Numbered from the whole stretch's first letter, positions 18,944 through 27,319 are shown. The stretch is 63,257 bases of DNA, filler included, from an uncultured bacterium (GCA_964372275.1; 6 parts of 6 records of this genome joined end to end with filler, not necessarily neighbours in it), one strand, 5' to 3'. A program made the numbers and translations. The notes: generated by a model from the letters alone, not told the origin.

Positions 18944-19690
18944 CTAGGAGTTCGCCGTCCCGCCGCGTCGCCGCGTCAGCATCTCCCGCGCCGCCTCCCG
19001 CACCTTCTCCGACAGTTCCAACGATCCGGCAACCTCGCGCAGGTCGCGCGACTGGAGATACGGCAAAAGCGAGATCGCCGTGTGCGTCGGCAGGTAGGGG
19101 TTGAAGACGAGCGCCTTCTTCACCCGATAGCGCGGGCTCCATCGGGGCGAGCGAAGGACTTCGTCCAATACGGCCGGGGTGGTCGGCCGCATCGCCGCGA
19201 GCTTCACCGCGTCCCGCTCGGTCAGCCGCGCGTTCTCGAGCACCACCCGGATCACCTCCGGGTTGCGATCGAACATCATCCGGTCGAGCAGATCTCGGTC
19301 ACGGGTGCGCGCCAACGATTTCCGTTCTCCGAGCGTCTTCTCGCCGGCCAGGTGCTCGTTCTCGACCTTGTCCTTCGCCGCCGCCCGGCGACTCACCTCG
19401 GAAGTCGCCACCAGCCGCTTCACGTCTTCGTAGCCGAGCTCGTCCGCCACGCAGTAGAGGTCGGCAAGCCGTTCGTATCCGACCTGTTTCTGGTACCGGT
19501 TCAGTCCGACGCACGCGAGCATCGCCACGCGCGCGTCGTCGTCGGACGCCTCCGCCAGCCGCACCAGGTCGTGCAGAAGCTCGACCGCCGCGCGCACCGG
19601 CAGCTCCTGCAGCCGCTCCGCCACCTTCCGCTCCCGTTGCGGAAGCTCGGGGAGGAGCGCCAGCTCGCGAGCGAACGGCTTGGCGTCCAC
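18944..19690 (-). CDS. Conserved helical-repeat hypothetical protein
   Basis: GTG 19690; 'TLGERKSLAR..DRDLLDRMMFDRNPEVIRVVLEN.RLTE' and 'RYRVKKALVFNPY' HEAT/LRV-like repeats. Confidence 0.75.
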   Translation of the reverse strand: MDAKPFARELALLPELPQRERKVAERLQELPVRAAVELLHDLVRLAEASDDDARVAMLACVGLNRYQKQVGYERLADLYCVADELGYEDVKRLVATSEVSRRAAAKDKVENEHLAGEKTLGERKSLARTRDRDLLDRMMFDRNPEVIRVVLENARLTERDAVKLAAMRPTTPAVLDEVLRSPRWSPRYRVKKALVFNPYLPTHTAISLLPYLQSRDLREVAGSLELSEKVREAAREMLTRRRGGTANS

Positions 19691-19696
19691 CCCGCG

Positions 19697-19734
19697 ATTG
19701 TACGGCGGTCTCCGGATCGGCCATCCGCTACAAT
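19697..19734. promoter_or_regulatory. Back-to-back TACAAT -10 boxes (divergent, probably leaderless promoters)
   Basis: TACAAT on + (19729-19734) lies 7 nt before ATG 19742; TACAAT on - (19702-19697) lies 6 nt before GTG 19690; no SD sequence on either side. Confidence 0.5.
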
Positions 19735-19741
19735 CCGCACG

Positions 19742-19951
19742 ATGGCGCTCAAGGCGACCGTCGACGCGAGCCTGACGGAGAGGCTCCTCGACCAGGGCTT
19801 CCTGCTGGCCGACGACGACGAGGTGAAGATTCGTCTGGCGATCGAGGACGGGCGGGTGGTGCTGGTGCTCTTCGCCCACGACGCGCGCCGGGTGCAGAGG
19901 CTCCTCGCCGGCGTCGATCCGGCGCAGGTGCGCGTGGAGCTGTGCGGGTGA
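19742..19951 (+). CDS. Small protein ending in LCG, FtsH-ternary-system-associated peptide-like
   Basis: 69 aa: ...VKIRLAIEDGRVVLV...LLAGVDPAQVRVELCG; stop overlaps the next GTG. Confidence 0.6.
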   Translation: MALKATVDASLTERLLDQGFLLADDDEVKIRLAIEDGRVVLVLFAHDARRVQRLLAGVDPAQVRVELCG

Positions 19952-21060
19952 ACGAGGCGACGCCGCCCGGCGCCGCCGTCGCCCCCGCCGGCCAGCGGAC
20001 GCCGTTCGGTCGGCCCGAAGAACGATCGTTCGTCGGCTTCGTGCGCGGACTCTACGGATTCGACGGCGTGGCCGCGGCGACGCCGCGCCGGGCGGTCGAC
20101 CTGGCGACCGGGCTCGAGGTCCGCGACGGGGTGCGACCGCTGCTCGCGGCGGTGGCCCCCGTCCTGGTCCACGGCACTTGGCGCTACCTGGCAACGATCG
20201 GCGGATACCGTCACGCGCGCGTCGTCGTCGGAGGCCGGGAACGCGTCGGGCGAATCTGGGACGAGGCGATGTGGGGCCGGGAGCCTCTGCGGATCACCGG
20301 CCGCTCCGTGCTCTGGCTCGCCGCGGCGCACGACGCCCTGGCCGGCGACGACGAGGCGGCGGCCCGGGCGCTCGATCTCGCGGTCGGCCCACCGATCGAG
20401 GCCGGCGATCGTCTCGCCCTGTCGGCGGCGGTGCCGGCGCTCCGGGCACGGTGGGACTCGCGGCTGCCGGAGCCGGTGCGGTCGCTGGCCGCGCGGCTGC
20501 CGTTGCCGGCGCTCCTGGACCCGATGGCCAACGGGGACGAGCCGATCGACCTGCCTGCCCACGAGGACGCCGAGTCGTTGGCCCTGCAGTACGCCGCGGA
20601 CTCGATCGCCAACGCTTGGGCCGAGGCCCTCGCGGTGAAGCTCCGCCTCGGGGCCGATCGGTCGTTGCACCGTCTCCACGGCCGGCTCGCCGAGCTGTTC
20701 GACGCGCTGTTCCGGACGGCGATCGACGGGACCTTCGACCACCGGCTGGTCCCGGTGGCCCGCGTGCTCTCCCAACTCTGGCGCCGGCTCGGTGGCGCCG
20801 AACAGGTGGAGGCGTTCGTCACCCGCGCGTCGGCGAAGCTGCCGACCCATCTCGAACGGGAGGCGTTCGAGCGCGGCGTCGGCGCCGTGCTCCAGGCCGG
20901 GGAGCGGCTCGACGATCGGGTCCGCGCGATCCTCTCGATCCCCTGGCCCGATCGCACCGACGCCCAGAAACGGCTGGCCGCGGAACACGAGACCCGGTAC
21001 CGTCCGATACACGCGTCGGTGCGCATCCTTTCGCGCCGGTTGCGGCGGGAGATCGGTTGA
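19948..21060 (+). CDS. FtsH ternary system X6-like protein
   Basis: 'LATIGGYRHARVVVGGRERVGRIWD...LRITGRSVLWL' resembles the GGWR..R..R.G....GRLW motif of fvmX6 (recalled); otherwise helical. Confidence 0.6.
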   Translation: MNEATPPGAAVAPAGQRTPFGRPEERSFVGFVRGLYGFDGVAAATPRRAVDLATGLEVRDGVRPLLAAVAPVLVHGTWRYLATIGGYRHARVVVGGRERVGRIWDEAMWGREPLRITGRSVLWLAAAHDALAGDDEAAARALDLAVGPPIEAGDRLALSAAVPALRARWDSRLPEPVRSLAARLPLPALLDPMANGDEPIDLPAHEDAESLALQYAADSIANAWAEALAVKLRLGADRSLHRLHGRLAELFDALFRTAIDGTFDHRLVPVARVLSQLWRRLGGAEQVEAFVTRASAKLPTHLEREAFERGVGAVLQAGERLDDRVRAILSIPWPDRTDAQKRLAAEHETRYRPIHASVRILSRRLRREIG

Positions 21061-21064
21061 TCCC

Positions 21065-21664
21065 ATGAGCTACCCGTACCGCGTGGTCGTCTCGCGCAGC
21101 GTCGAGGAGACCGTCTCCTCCAAGGACGAAAGCCGCAACCGGATCTCGCTCACGCCGATCCTCCCGCCGGCGCGCATGGGCGAGCTGTTCCGCAAGGCGC
21201 TCGGCCGTAGCGGCTTCGCCGAGCGCGAGGACGGGCGGTGGATCCGCTCGCGCGACGGCGTCACCGAGGTCTTCGACCCGGCGAGGTTGGTGTTCGCCGC
21301 CACCGCCGAGGCGGCGGGGGAGATCCGAAAGGAGCGAACCGTCGAGGTCCGGGGCGACGCCCTCCGGCCCGACGAGGTCGAGCCGGGCAAGCGCCACGCC
21401 GAGGCCGAGGTCGGCGCGAAGCTGGAGAAGGAGCTGAAGGTGACCGACGCCGAGCGGGCGCGGAAGGCCGAGGAGCTCCTCGCGTCGGCCCGGCAGTCCC
21501 TCGAACGGACCGAGGCCGCGCGCGTCCGAAGCTTGAACGAAGCGACGCTCGAAGCCTACGCCGAGGCGATCAAGGAGAAGGCCCGCTCCCTCGGCGAAGT
21601 GAAGGAGATCCGCGAGCAGCGCCGCGAAGCCGCGGCTCCGGTCCACTTCAATGGAACCGGATAA
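21065..21664 (+). CDS. FtsH ternary system X5-like protein (last ~10 codons chimeric)
   Basis: MSYPYRVVVSRS...ILPPARMGELF..ALGRSGF...EAYAEAIKEKARSLGEVKEIRE resembles fvmX5 (MSRAYRI.V.ES...ALK.KA..LG.I.E). Confidence 0.65.
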   Translation: MSYPYRVVVSRSVEETVSSKDESRNRISLTPILPPARMGELFRKALGRSGFAEREDGRWIRSRDGVTEVFDPARLVFAATAEAAGEIRKERTVEVRGDALRPDEVEPGKRHAEAEVGAKLEKELKVTDAERARKAEELLASARQSLERTEAARVRSLNEATLEAYAEAIKEKARSLGEVKEIREQRREAAAPVHFNGTG

Positions 21665-21826
21665 GGGTTTTAAGAGGCCCAAAATGCCTTTAAGGAAAGT
21701 TGTTTTTCCGCTTCCATTGGGTCACACCAAGCCCACGCTGTCTCCCGAGTCAACCGTACAGATAACATTTTCCAGGACGGTTTTTCCCGGATAGCCTAGA
21801 TTCGTGTTTTCAAATCGAATAATCAT
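21625..21826 (-). pseudogene. Fragment of a metal ABC transporter ATP-binding protein (ZnuC-like), foreign DNA, in-frame TGA
   Basis: MIIRFENTNLGYPGKTVLENVICTVDSGDSVGLV*PNGSGKTTFLKGILGLLKPLSGSIEV; TGA at 21724-21722 replaces the Walker A Gly; breaks off at the junction. Confidence 0.75.
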
Positions 21827-21928
21827 TTGGAGGGACGCGCTCCGCCGCGTCCGTTTGTCCATGCCCATGGGCAGGCCACGACGGAGCGCGGCCCTTCAAG
21901 GGAAAATGACGAATCGGAACAGGCGCAG

Positions 21929-22154
21929 TCATTCAAGCGCTTTGGAAATTGTCAGGATGTTGTAATCCATCATGCTGAAGTAATCCACCGCTTCCTTAAC
22001 GGCTCCGGGCGTGATGGCCATGAGCGCCACCTTGGCGCCGGTGGCTTTGGCTATTTTTTCCGGATTGCGTTTCTCAAACCAAGGGTCCGTCAGGATCAGA
22101 GAAACGCCTTTGGCTTTCATTTGGGCGATCAGCTGGGCGGTGTGGGTTGCCGTG
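21929..22154 (-). CDS. C-terminus of a metal ABC transporter substrate-binding protein (ZnuA/TroA family), foreign lower-GC DNA
   Basis: TATHTAQLIAQMKAKGVSLILTDPWFEKRNPEKIAKATGAKV..ITPGA....DYFSMMDYNI..ISKALE. Confidence 0.8.
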
Positions 22155-22254
22155 NNNNNNNNNNNNNNNNNNNNNNNNNNNNNNNNNNNNNNNNNNNNTT
22201 AATTAATTAANNNNNNNNNNNNNNNNNNNNNNNNNNNNNNNNNNNNNNNNNNNN
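22155..22254. other. Artificial contig spacer
   Basis: N run with TTAATTAATTAA. Confidence 0.99.
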
Positions 22255-22285
22255 TGGCAAGGTTGGTATTTACGGTGACGGCCAT
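22255..22285 (-). CDS. fliC: Flagellin N-terminus (third copy), truncated by contig end
   Basis: AAGGAG RBS, then ATG 22285: MAVTVNTNLA, the typical flagellin start, matching the other two copies. Confidence 0.75.
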
Positions 22286-22355
22286 GGTGGGGCTCCTTTA
22301 GGCGTGGGTTGGAAATTTAGCGGCAGGGGTCGAAGAGAAGGATCCGAATCGAGCC

Positions 22356-22382
22356 GTGACGACGCCGGTAAGCGACACTTAA
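22356..22382 (-). promoter_or_regulatory. Possible sigma28-like promoter of the third flagellin
   Basis: TTAA-N15-GTCGTCAC; same spacing and GTCGC/CGTC elements as the site at 26646-26672. Confidence 0.3.
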
Positions 22383-23186
22383 ACTAATTCTTTCGTCGTG
22401 TGGATCATGGAGGTGCCTGGTCTGCGTCGGCGGCGGCATTACTTCTGGAAGGGGGGGGCTAGAGGGACATCGGTCGGCGTCGGTCGTCTGTCGCGGAACT
22501 TCCGATCAAGGTCGGTGCATCGCGTGCTCGGGCGCGCTCGGCCGCGATCGTGGAGGGCTTTCGCACTCCCGTAGGACTGGATCGTACAGAGGCGGCGCCT
22601 TCGGTCGACATTGCGTCGGCCGCGTCGCCGTCACGCGGGACCCGGCTCGAGATCGCGACCGGCAGAAGGAAATACGGCCGGTCTGAGGTGCTGAAGGACC
22701 GGGCACGAGGGGACCCGAGCGAACGTCGATCGCTGGCGAGACCCGCGTGCCGTGTATTCGTCTTGGCGGCGCGTGTGCCGGACCAATCGTCCCGGGAGGC
22801 AGAACCGGACCTGCGTACGGATGGCGTCCTCCATCGCTCGAAGCGCCGGTCGAAGGCCGCACGGGATTTCGCCGCACCTGCTGCGCCGGTGGACCGTCCA
22901 TGCAACGAGGGCCTGAGTCGACTCGATCGCCGTCGGGTGCCCGTAATTCGACGCCGGGAGGGAGCCGCCCAGGTGGACGGGGCATCGCCGCTGCAGTCGG
23001 TGGATGTGCCAGCGGAAGCCCTGCGACGGCGGGCGAACCCGCGCGAGCCGACGTTCCGATGGTCGCCGGAGGCGGTCCCACTGTCCCTGCCCTGGGTGCC
23101 GTCGTGCCGCCCGGATCCGGCGGCCGACTTGCGATCGCGGAGGAGTGGACGAATTCGCGTGTGACGGGATCACGCATGGGGGCGTA

Positions 23187-23348
23187 CCGAGTCGCGTGGA
23201 GTGGGGCGGTCTCGTGGAACGGAACGGACGTGTCGAACGGGCCTGTCGAATGAAGCGGCCGCGACGAACCGAAAGGTCGCCTCGAGCGGGTCGGTGGCAT
23301 GGGGTGAAAGGGTGGCATCGAGCAGAACGGTCGTATCGGGTGGAACGG
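23187..23348. repeat. Degenerate 18-bp tandem array, 9 units
   Basis: Minus-strand units CCGTTCCACCCGATACGA, CCGTTCTGCTCGATGCCA, CCCTTTCACCCCATGCCA ... CCGTTCGACACGTCCGTT, CCGTTCCACGAGACCGCC, CCACTCCACGCGACTCGG. Confidence 0.7.
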
Positions 23349-23391
23349 CGTTTCGCGTCGAACGGACGTGTCGAGGTTCGCGGAGGAGTCC

Positions 23392-23778
23392 CTATTTCTT
23401 CTGAGCGGCGGCGCGTTCGTTCGCCTGGATCGCGGACCAGCCGCTTCGCAAGACGGTGAGAATCTTCGCGGCCTCGTCCAGCGCGGCGGAGCTTCCGGCG
23501 ACGTTCGCCTCGACGAGCAGCGAAGAGATCCGGGCATAGAGCGCCTGGAGCGTCCTGGCGAGCTCCGGCGCGGGACGCGGGTCGATGGCGCTCGAGAGCT
23601 CGTGGACGATGGCGAGCGCACGGGAAACGTAGGAGCCGCGTTCGGCGCGGTTGTCATTTGCAATCGCGACCTTGGCTCGACCGATCGCCTTCAGGGCGCC
23701 GTCGTAGAGCGCAATCACGAGCGCGAGAGGGGAGCGCGTGCTGACGTCGTTTTCGAAGTACTGGTGGTAGCCGTTCAT
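23392..23778 (-). CDS. fliS: Flagellin export chaperone FliS (copy 4 in transcription order)
   Basis: Y.ENDVSTRSPLALVIALYDGAL, ALAIVHELSSAID, LY, L.EAN, LRSGW. Confidence 0.9.
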   Translation of the reverse strand: MNGYHQYFENDVSTRSPLALVIALYDGALKAIGRAKVAIANDNRAERGSYVSRALAIVHELSSAIDPRPAPELARTLQALYARISSLLVEANVAGSSAALDEAAKILTVLRSGWSAIQANERAAAQKK

Positions 23779-23845
23779 CGAAGGCTCCTCGTGCTTCTCC
23801 GGTCAGGTGTCGGTGTTGCCACGGACGCGGCCGGAGGGCTCGGTA

Positions 23846-24679
23846 TCAGAAGCGGAGCAGTTGGAGAACCGCCTGCGAGAGCGTGTTCGCCTGCGCGAGC
23901 ACCGACACGCCGGCGCTCTGGAGGACTTGGCCACGGGTGAACGCGGCGGTCTCGACCGCCATGTCGGCGTCCCGGATCCGGCTCTCGGCGGCAATCGTGT
24001 TCTGCACGAGGCTGCCGATGGTCGTGATCGTGGTGTGCATGCGGTTGGCGGCGGCTCCGAAGTCGCCACGAGCCGCGTTGACGGTCGCAAGCGCGCTGTC
24101 GAGGCGCGCAACGGCGGTTTCGATCGCTCCGGTCGACCCGTTGATGAACGTCGTGTCGAGCGAGAGCGTCGTGATCGTGGTGTCGACCGCGGAGATCGTG
24201 ATCGTGTCGTTCGCGGTCGTGAAGCTTCCGACCTGGAAGACGAAGCCACCCGTGGCGGTGCCGTTGAGGAGCGGGACGCCGTTGAAGGCCGTGACTTCGG
24301 AGATTCGTCCGATCTCGTCCTTCATCGCCTGGTATTCCTTGTCGAGGGCGTCGCGCTCGGTGGTTCCGTTAGTGCCGTTGAGCGACTGGATCGCCAGCTC
24401 CCGCATGCGGATCAACATGCTGCTGATCTCGTTGAGCGCGCCGTCACCGATCGTCGCGACCGAGATGCCGTCGTTCGCGTTCCGTTGCGCCTGTTGGAGC
24501 GAACGGATCTGGGCTCGCATCTTCTCCGAGATCACGAGGCCGGCCGCGTCGTCGCTGGCGGTCGCAATCCGAAGTCCGCTCGAGAGCCGGCCGATCGACG
24601 TCTCGATCTGCCGAGACGTCGACGAGAGGTTGCGCTGAACGGCGAGGCTGGCGGTGTTGGTATTGATTGCGAGGGCCAT
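23846..24679 (-). CDS. fliC: Flagellin (277 aa)
   Basis: MALAINTN, RLSSGLRI.TASDDAAGL, RNANDGIS, RIRDADMAVE, LAQAN....VLQLL. Confidence 0.96.
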   Translation of the reverse strand: MALAINTNTASLAVQRNLSSTSRQIETSIGRLSSGLRIATASDDAAGLVISEKMRAQIRSLQQAQRNANDGISVATIGDGALNEISSMLIRMRELAIQSLNGTNGTTERDALDKEYQAMKDEIGRISEVTAFNGVPLLNGTATGGFVFQVGSFTTANDTITISAVDTTITTLSLDTTFINGSTGAIETAVARLDSALATVNAARGDFGAAANRMHTTITTIGSLVQNTIAAESRIRDADMAVETAAFTRGQVLQSAGVSVLAQANTLSQAVLQLLRF

Positions 24680-24730
24680 GGTCGACTCCTTCGGTGTTGG
24701 AAGAGAATTCGAAGCGTCCGTTCGGGTCCG

Positions 24731-25084
24731 CTAGTTTCGAAGCTCCGAGGCGCTTCGTTTTTCGATCTCGACCCACGCGCTACGCAGGGTCGAAAGTGTC
24801 TGGGCGGCCTGGGTCAGGGGCTCCGTCGAACGCTGCTGGTTCGCCCGTACCAGCAGGGACGCCACGTCGGTGTACTGCCGGAGCAGGCTGCGTGCGAGGG
24901 CCGGAGAGAATCGAAAGTCGAGGGACTCGGCAAGCTGGTGGACGATCGCGACCGCCAGCGTCACGTGCCGGCTCAACGCGCCCGGATCGCCTTGTCGGAC
25001 CGCTCCCAGGGCCCGATGGATGGCCGCGATCGCGTTGTCGTAGAAGCTGATCAAGAGCTCGATGGGGGTCGCTGCGTTGGACAT
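24731..25084 (-). CDS. fliS: FliS paralogue (copy 3)
   Basis: ATPIELLISFYDNAI, AVAIVHQLAESLD, LLVRAN, LRSAW. Confidence 0.82.
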   Translation of the reverse strand: MSNAATPIELLISFYDNAIAAIHRALGAVRQGDPGALSRHVTLAVAIVHQLAESLDFRFSPALARSLLRQYTDVASLLVRANQQRSTEPLTQAAQTLSTLRSAWVEIEKRSASELRN

Positions 25085-25109
25085 GTGCCTCTCCTCGAAA
25101 TACGCGCTG

Positions 25110-25379
25110 TCAGAGCTCTCGCGACAGTTCCCGGCGGAACAGGTACTTCAGCGCCTTGTCGATCGACGCGATCTCCTCCGAATGGATCGCGAGCTGAACC
25201 GAGAGTGCCAGCGTCCGATCGCCATCCGCCCCGCCTTCCGCGCCATCGAGGAGCTCCATCGCCTTCCGGAACGCCTCGATCGCCTCGGGGTCCTCGCTCG
25301 CCAGGAAGGCCTTCACGGCGGTGCGGCCCTGCGCCGCGACTTCCTCGATCGTCTCGTCCGTCGTCGGTCGATGATCCAT
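25110..25379 (-). CDS. Small helical protein, FliT-like (paralogue of 27026-27319)
   Basis: GAGGA RBS; aligns by eye with 27026-27319 (EE.A..GR...A.L / LSVQLA....IASIDKA); position after fliS. Confidence 0.6.
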   Translation of the reverse strand: MDHRPTTDETIEEVAAQGRTAVKAFLASEDPEAIEAFRKAMELLDGAEGGADGDRTLALSVQLAIHSEEIASIDKALKYLFRRELSREL

Positions 25380-25432
25380 GGCGTTCCTCGTCGGCTCGAA
25401 AAGGGTTGGATGGTCCGTCGGGTCGGTGCGTT

Positions 25433-25750
25433 TCAGGCCCAGGCTCGCCGGAGAACGGCGAGGATCTTCTCGGCGGCGTCGAGACTCGCGACATCGCTGG
25501 ACCGATTCGCGTCGAAGAGCAGCTCGGCGACCTGTACCAGAAGCGCATGAACCGTCTCGTGGTGACGTGAACGGCCATGGTCAAATCGCGCGGAGAGCTC
25601 GTGCACCTGCGACAACGCATCGGCGACGAACTCGGCCTGCTCCTGCGAGCTGCGGATCTCGATCGCGATCCGGGCGTTTCCGATCGACCGCAGCGCTTCG
25701 ACGAATGCCGCATCGATCTCGGTGTCGACTGCGATGGTTCGTGCATTCAT
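25433..25750 (-). CDS. Divergent FliS-like protein (copy 2)
   Basis: ALRSIGNARIAI, ALSQVHELS, LLFDAN, LDAAEKILAVLRRAW; lacks the N-terminal Y/SP.LV.LYDG motif; AAGGAG RBS. Confidence 0.7.
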   Translation of the reverse strand: MNARTIAVDTEIDAAFVEALRSIGNARIAIEIRSSQEQAEFVADALSQVHELSARFDHGRSRHHETVHALLVQVAELLFDANRSSDVASLDAAEKILAVLRRAWA

Positions 25751-25765
25751 GGCCTGCTCCTTGGG

Positions 25766-26593
25766 TCAAAAGCGAAGTAGTTCCAGCGCCGCCTTGTTGA
25801 GGCCGTTCGTCTGAACGAGGATCGCGACACCGGCGTTCTGGAGGACCTGGATCCGGGTGAACTCGGCCGTCTCGGCCGCCATGTCGACATCGCGGATGCG
25901 GCTCTCGGTGACGACGGCCGCGTGGATCGCACCGGCGATGGCCGTGGTCGTCCGCTCGAGGCGGTTGACGATCGCGCCGAATCGGGCCCGGATCGTGCTG
26001 ACCTTGTTGATCGCGGCGTCGATCGCCGGAACGGCGCTTCGCGCTGCCGACGTGGTGCCTACGGAGACGGTGGCGATCCCCAGTGCGGTGAGCGTCGTGC
26101 TCGCCGCCGTCACCTGAATCACGTCGGTCGTGGTGGCGAAGGCCCCGACCTGAAAGTCGAGCGAGGAGACGGTTCCGGCCAGAAGGGGAACGCCGAGGAA
26201 CGACGTGCTCTTGGCGATCCGCTGGACTTCCGCGGTGAGGGCCTGGAGCTCGTTGTCGATTACCGTCCGCTCAGTCGTCGCGTTGGTTGCATTCAGCGCC
26301 TGAATGGCGAGCTCGCGCATCCGGGACAGCATCGACGTGATCTCGGCGAGCGCGCCGTCGGAGGTGTTCGCCATCGAGATTGCGTCGTTCGCGTTCCGCT
26401 GGTTCTGGTTCAGGGCGCGGATGAACGAACGAAACCTCTCGGAGAGCGCCAGACCGGCCGCGTCGTCACTTGCCGACGCGATCCGATGTCCACTGGAGAG
26501 GCGTCGCGCCGACGCTTCGAGCTTCCGCGTCGAGAGCGCGAGGTTTCGCTGCGCGCTCAAGCTCGAGATGTTCGAATTTACGGAGACGCCCAT
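25766..26593 (-). CDS. fliC: Flagellin (275 aa)
   Basis: ATG 26593 MGVSVNSN, RLSSGHRIASASDDAAGL, RNANDAIS, SRIRDVDMAAE. Confidence 0.95.
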   Translation of the reverse strand: MGVSVNSNISSLSAQRNLALSTRKLEASARRLSSGHRIASASDDAAGLALSERFRSFIRALNQNQRNANDAISMANTSDGALAEITSMLSRMRELAIQALNATNATTERTVIDNELQALTAEVQRIAKSTSFLGVPLLAGTVSSLDFQVGAFATTTDVIQVTAASTTLTALGIATVSVGTTSAARSAVPAIDAAINKVSTIRARFGAIVNRLERTTTAIAGAIHAAVVTESRIRDVDMAAETAEFTRIQVLQNAGVAILVQTNGLNKAALELLRF

Positions 26594-26645
26594 TTTCGGT
26601 TTCCTCGTCGTCCGTCGCTTCGCTGCTCGCGACGTTCTGATCCTC

Positions 26646-26672
26646 AAGACGGAATCCGTGGGCGACTGTTTA
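26646..26672 (-). promoter_or_regulatory. Possible sigma28 promoter of the first flagellin
   Basis: TAAA-N15-TCCGTCTT upstream of fliC 26593 (consensus TAAA-N15-GCCGATAA). Confidence 0.4.
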
Positions 26673-27025
26673 GCGACTTTTCGAAAAACTCTTCGTCCCG
26701 GCTACGACGCCGTGCCGGTGCGAGATGGAGAGGGCGCGGTGTGGAGGCGCGATCCCGCGAAGATCGCGCGAGGCGAGACGGGCGGAACGACGTGCGCGGC
26801 TGGCCGTACGGCGCGTCGGTGCACTCGGCGCGAACGACCGTCCAGTGGCGGCGAGTACGCCCGCGCGCCTCCTGTCATCGTTCCATAAGGGGGGCGATAC
26901 GACGATGACCTGCCGCGTGTGCGGCCGTTCGTCGGCTGCGCCTCGGGTGGACGCGTGCGAACGACGACCACTCGACCGACCGTCAATTCGCTGACGATGT
27001 CTCGATCGCCCGCGAGAACCGGTTC

Positions 27026-27319
27026 TTAGAGGGAGTAGGGCCCGACGGCTCCGGCCAGGAGCGCGTTTCGTGCCCGGTCGATGGCGTCAAGATCGTGACG
27101 CACTTGTGCGAGCTGGCATGCGAGGGTCGAGATTCCGTCGTCCCGGTACGATTCCGGTCGCCGGGCGCGGGTGGCCTGAATCCGTCGAGCGAGCTCGTCC
27201 CTCTTTCGGAGCCCCTCCTCGACGCGATCGAATCGTCCGTCCAGGGCGGCGCGGGCGATGCGACGGCCCTCCTCGGCGAACTCGGTCCACGGATCGCCGG
27301 CGGTCGGTCCGGGTCTCAC
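27026..27319 (-). CDS. Small helical protein, FliT-like
   Basis: GTG overlaps the fliS stop; WTEFAEEGRRIARAALDG.FD.VEEGLRKRDELARRI; canonical fliD-fliS-fliT position. Confidence 0.6.
   Translation of the reverse strand: MRPGPTAGDPWTEFAEEGRRIARAALDGRFDRVEEGLRKRDELARRIQATRARRPESYRDDGISTLACQLAQVRHDLDAIDRARNALLAGAVGPYSL

Noticed and set aside
21722-21724. TGA at the Walker A glycine of the ZnuC-like fragment, suggesting UGA=Gly recoding (genetic code 25)
   Set aside because: The adjacent ZnuA-like gene from the same foreign DNA ends naturally at TGA (21929-21931), and Gly is otherwise GGN. A GGA>TGA miscall at a low-coverage contig end is simpler.
23187-23348. CRISPR array
   Set aside because: Units are contiguous, degenerate 18-mers without unique spacers, and no cas genes are present.
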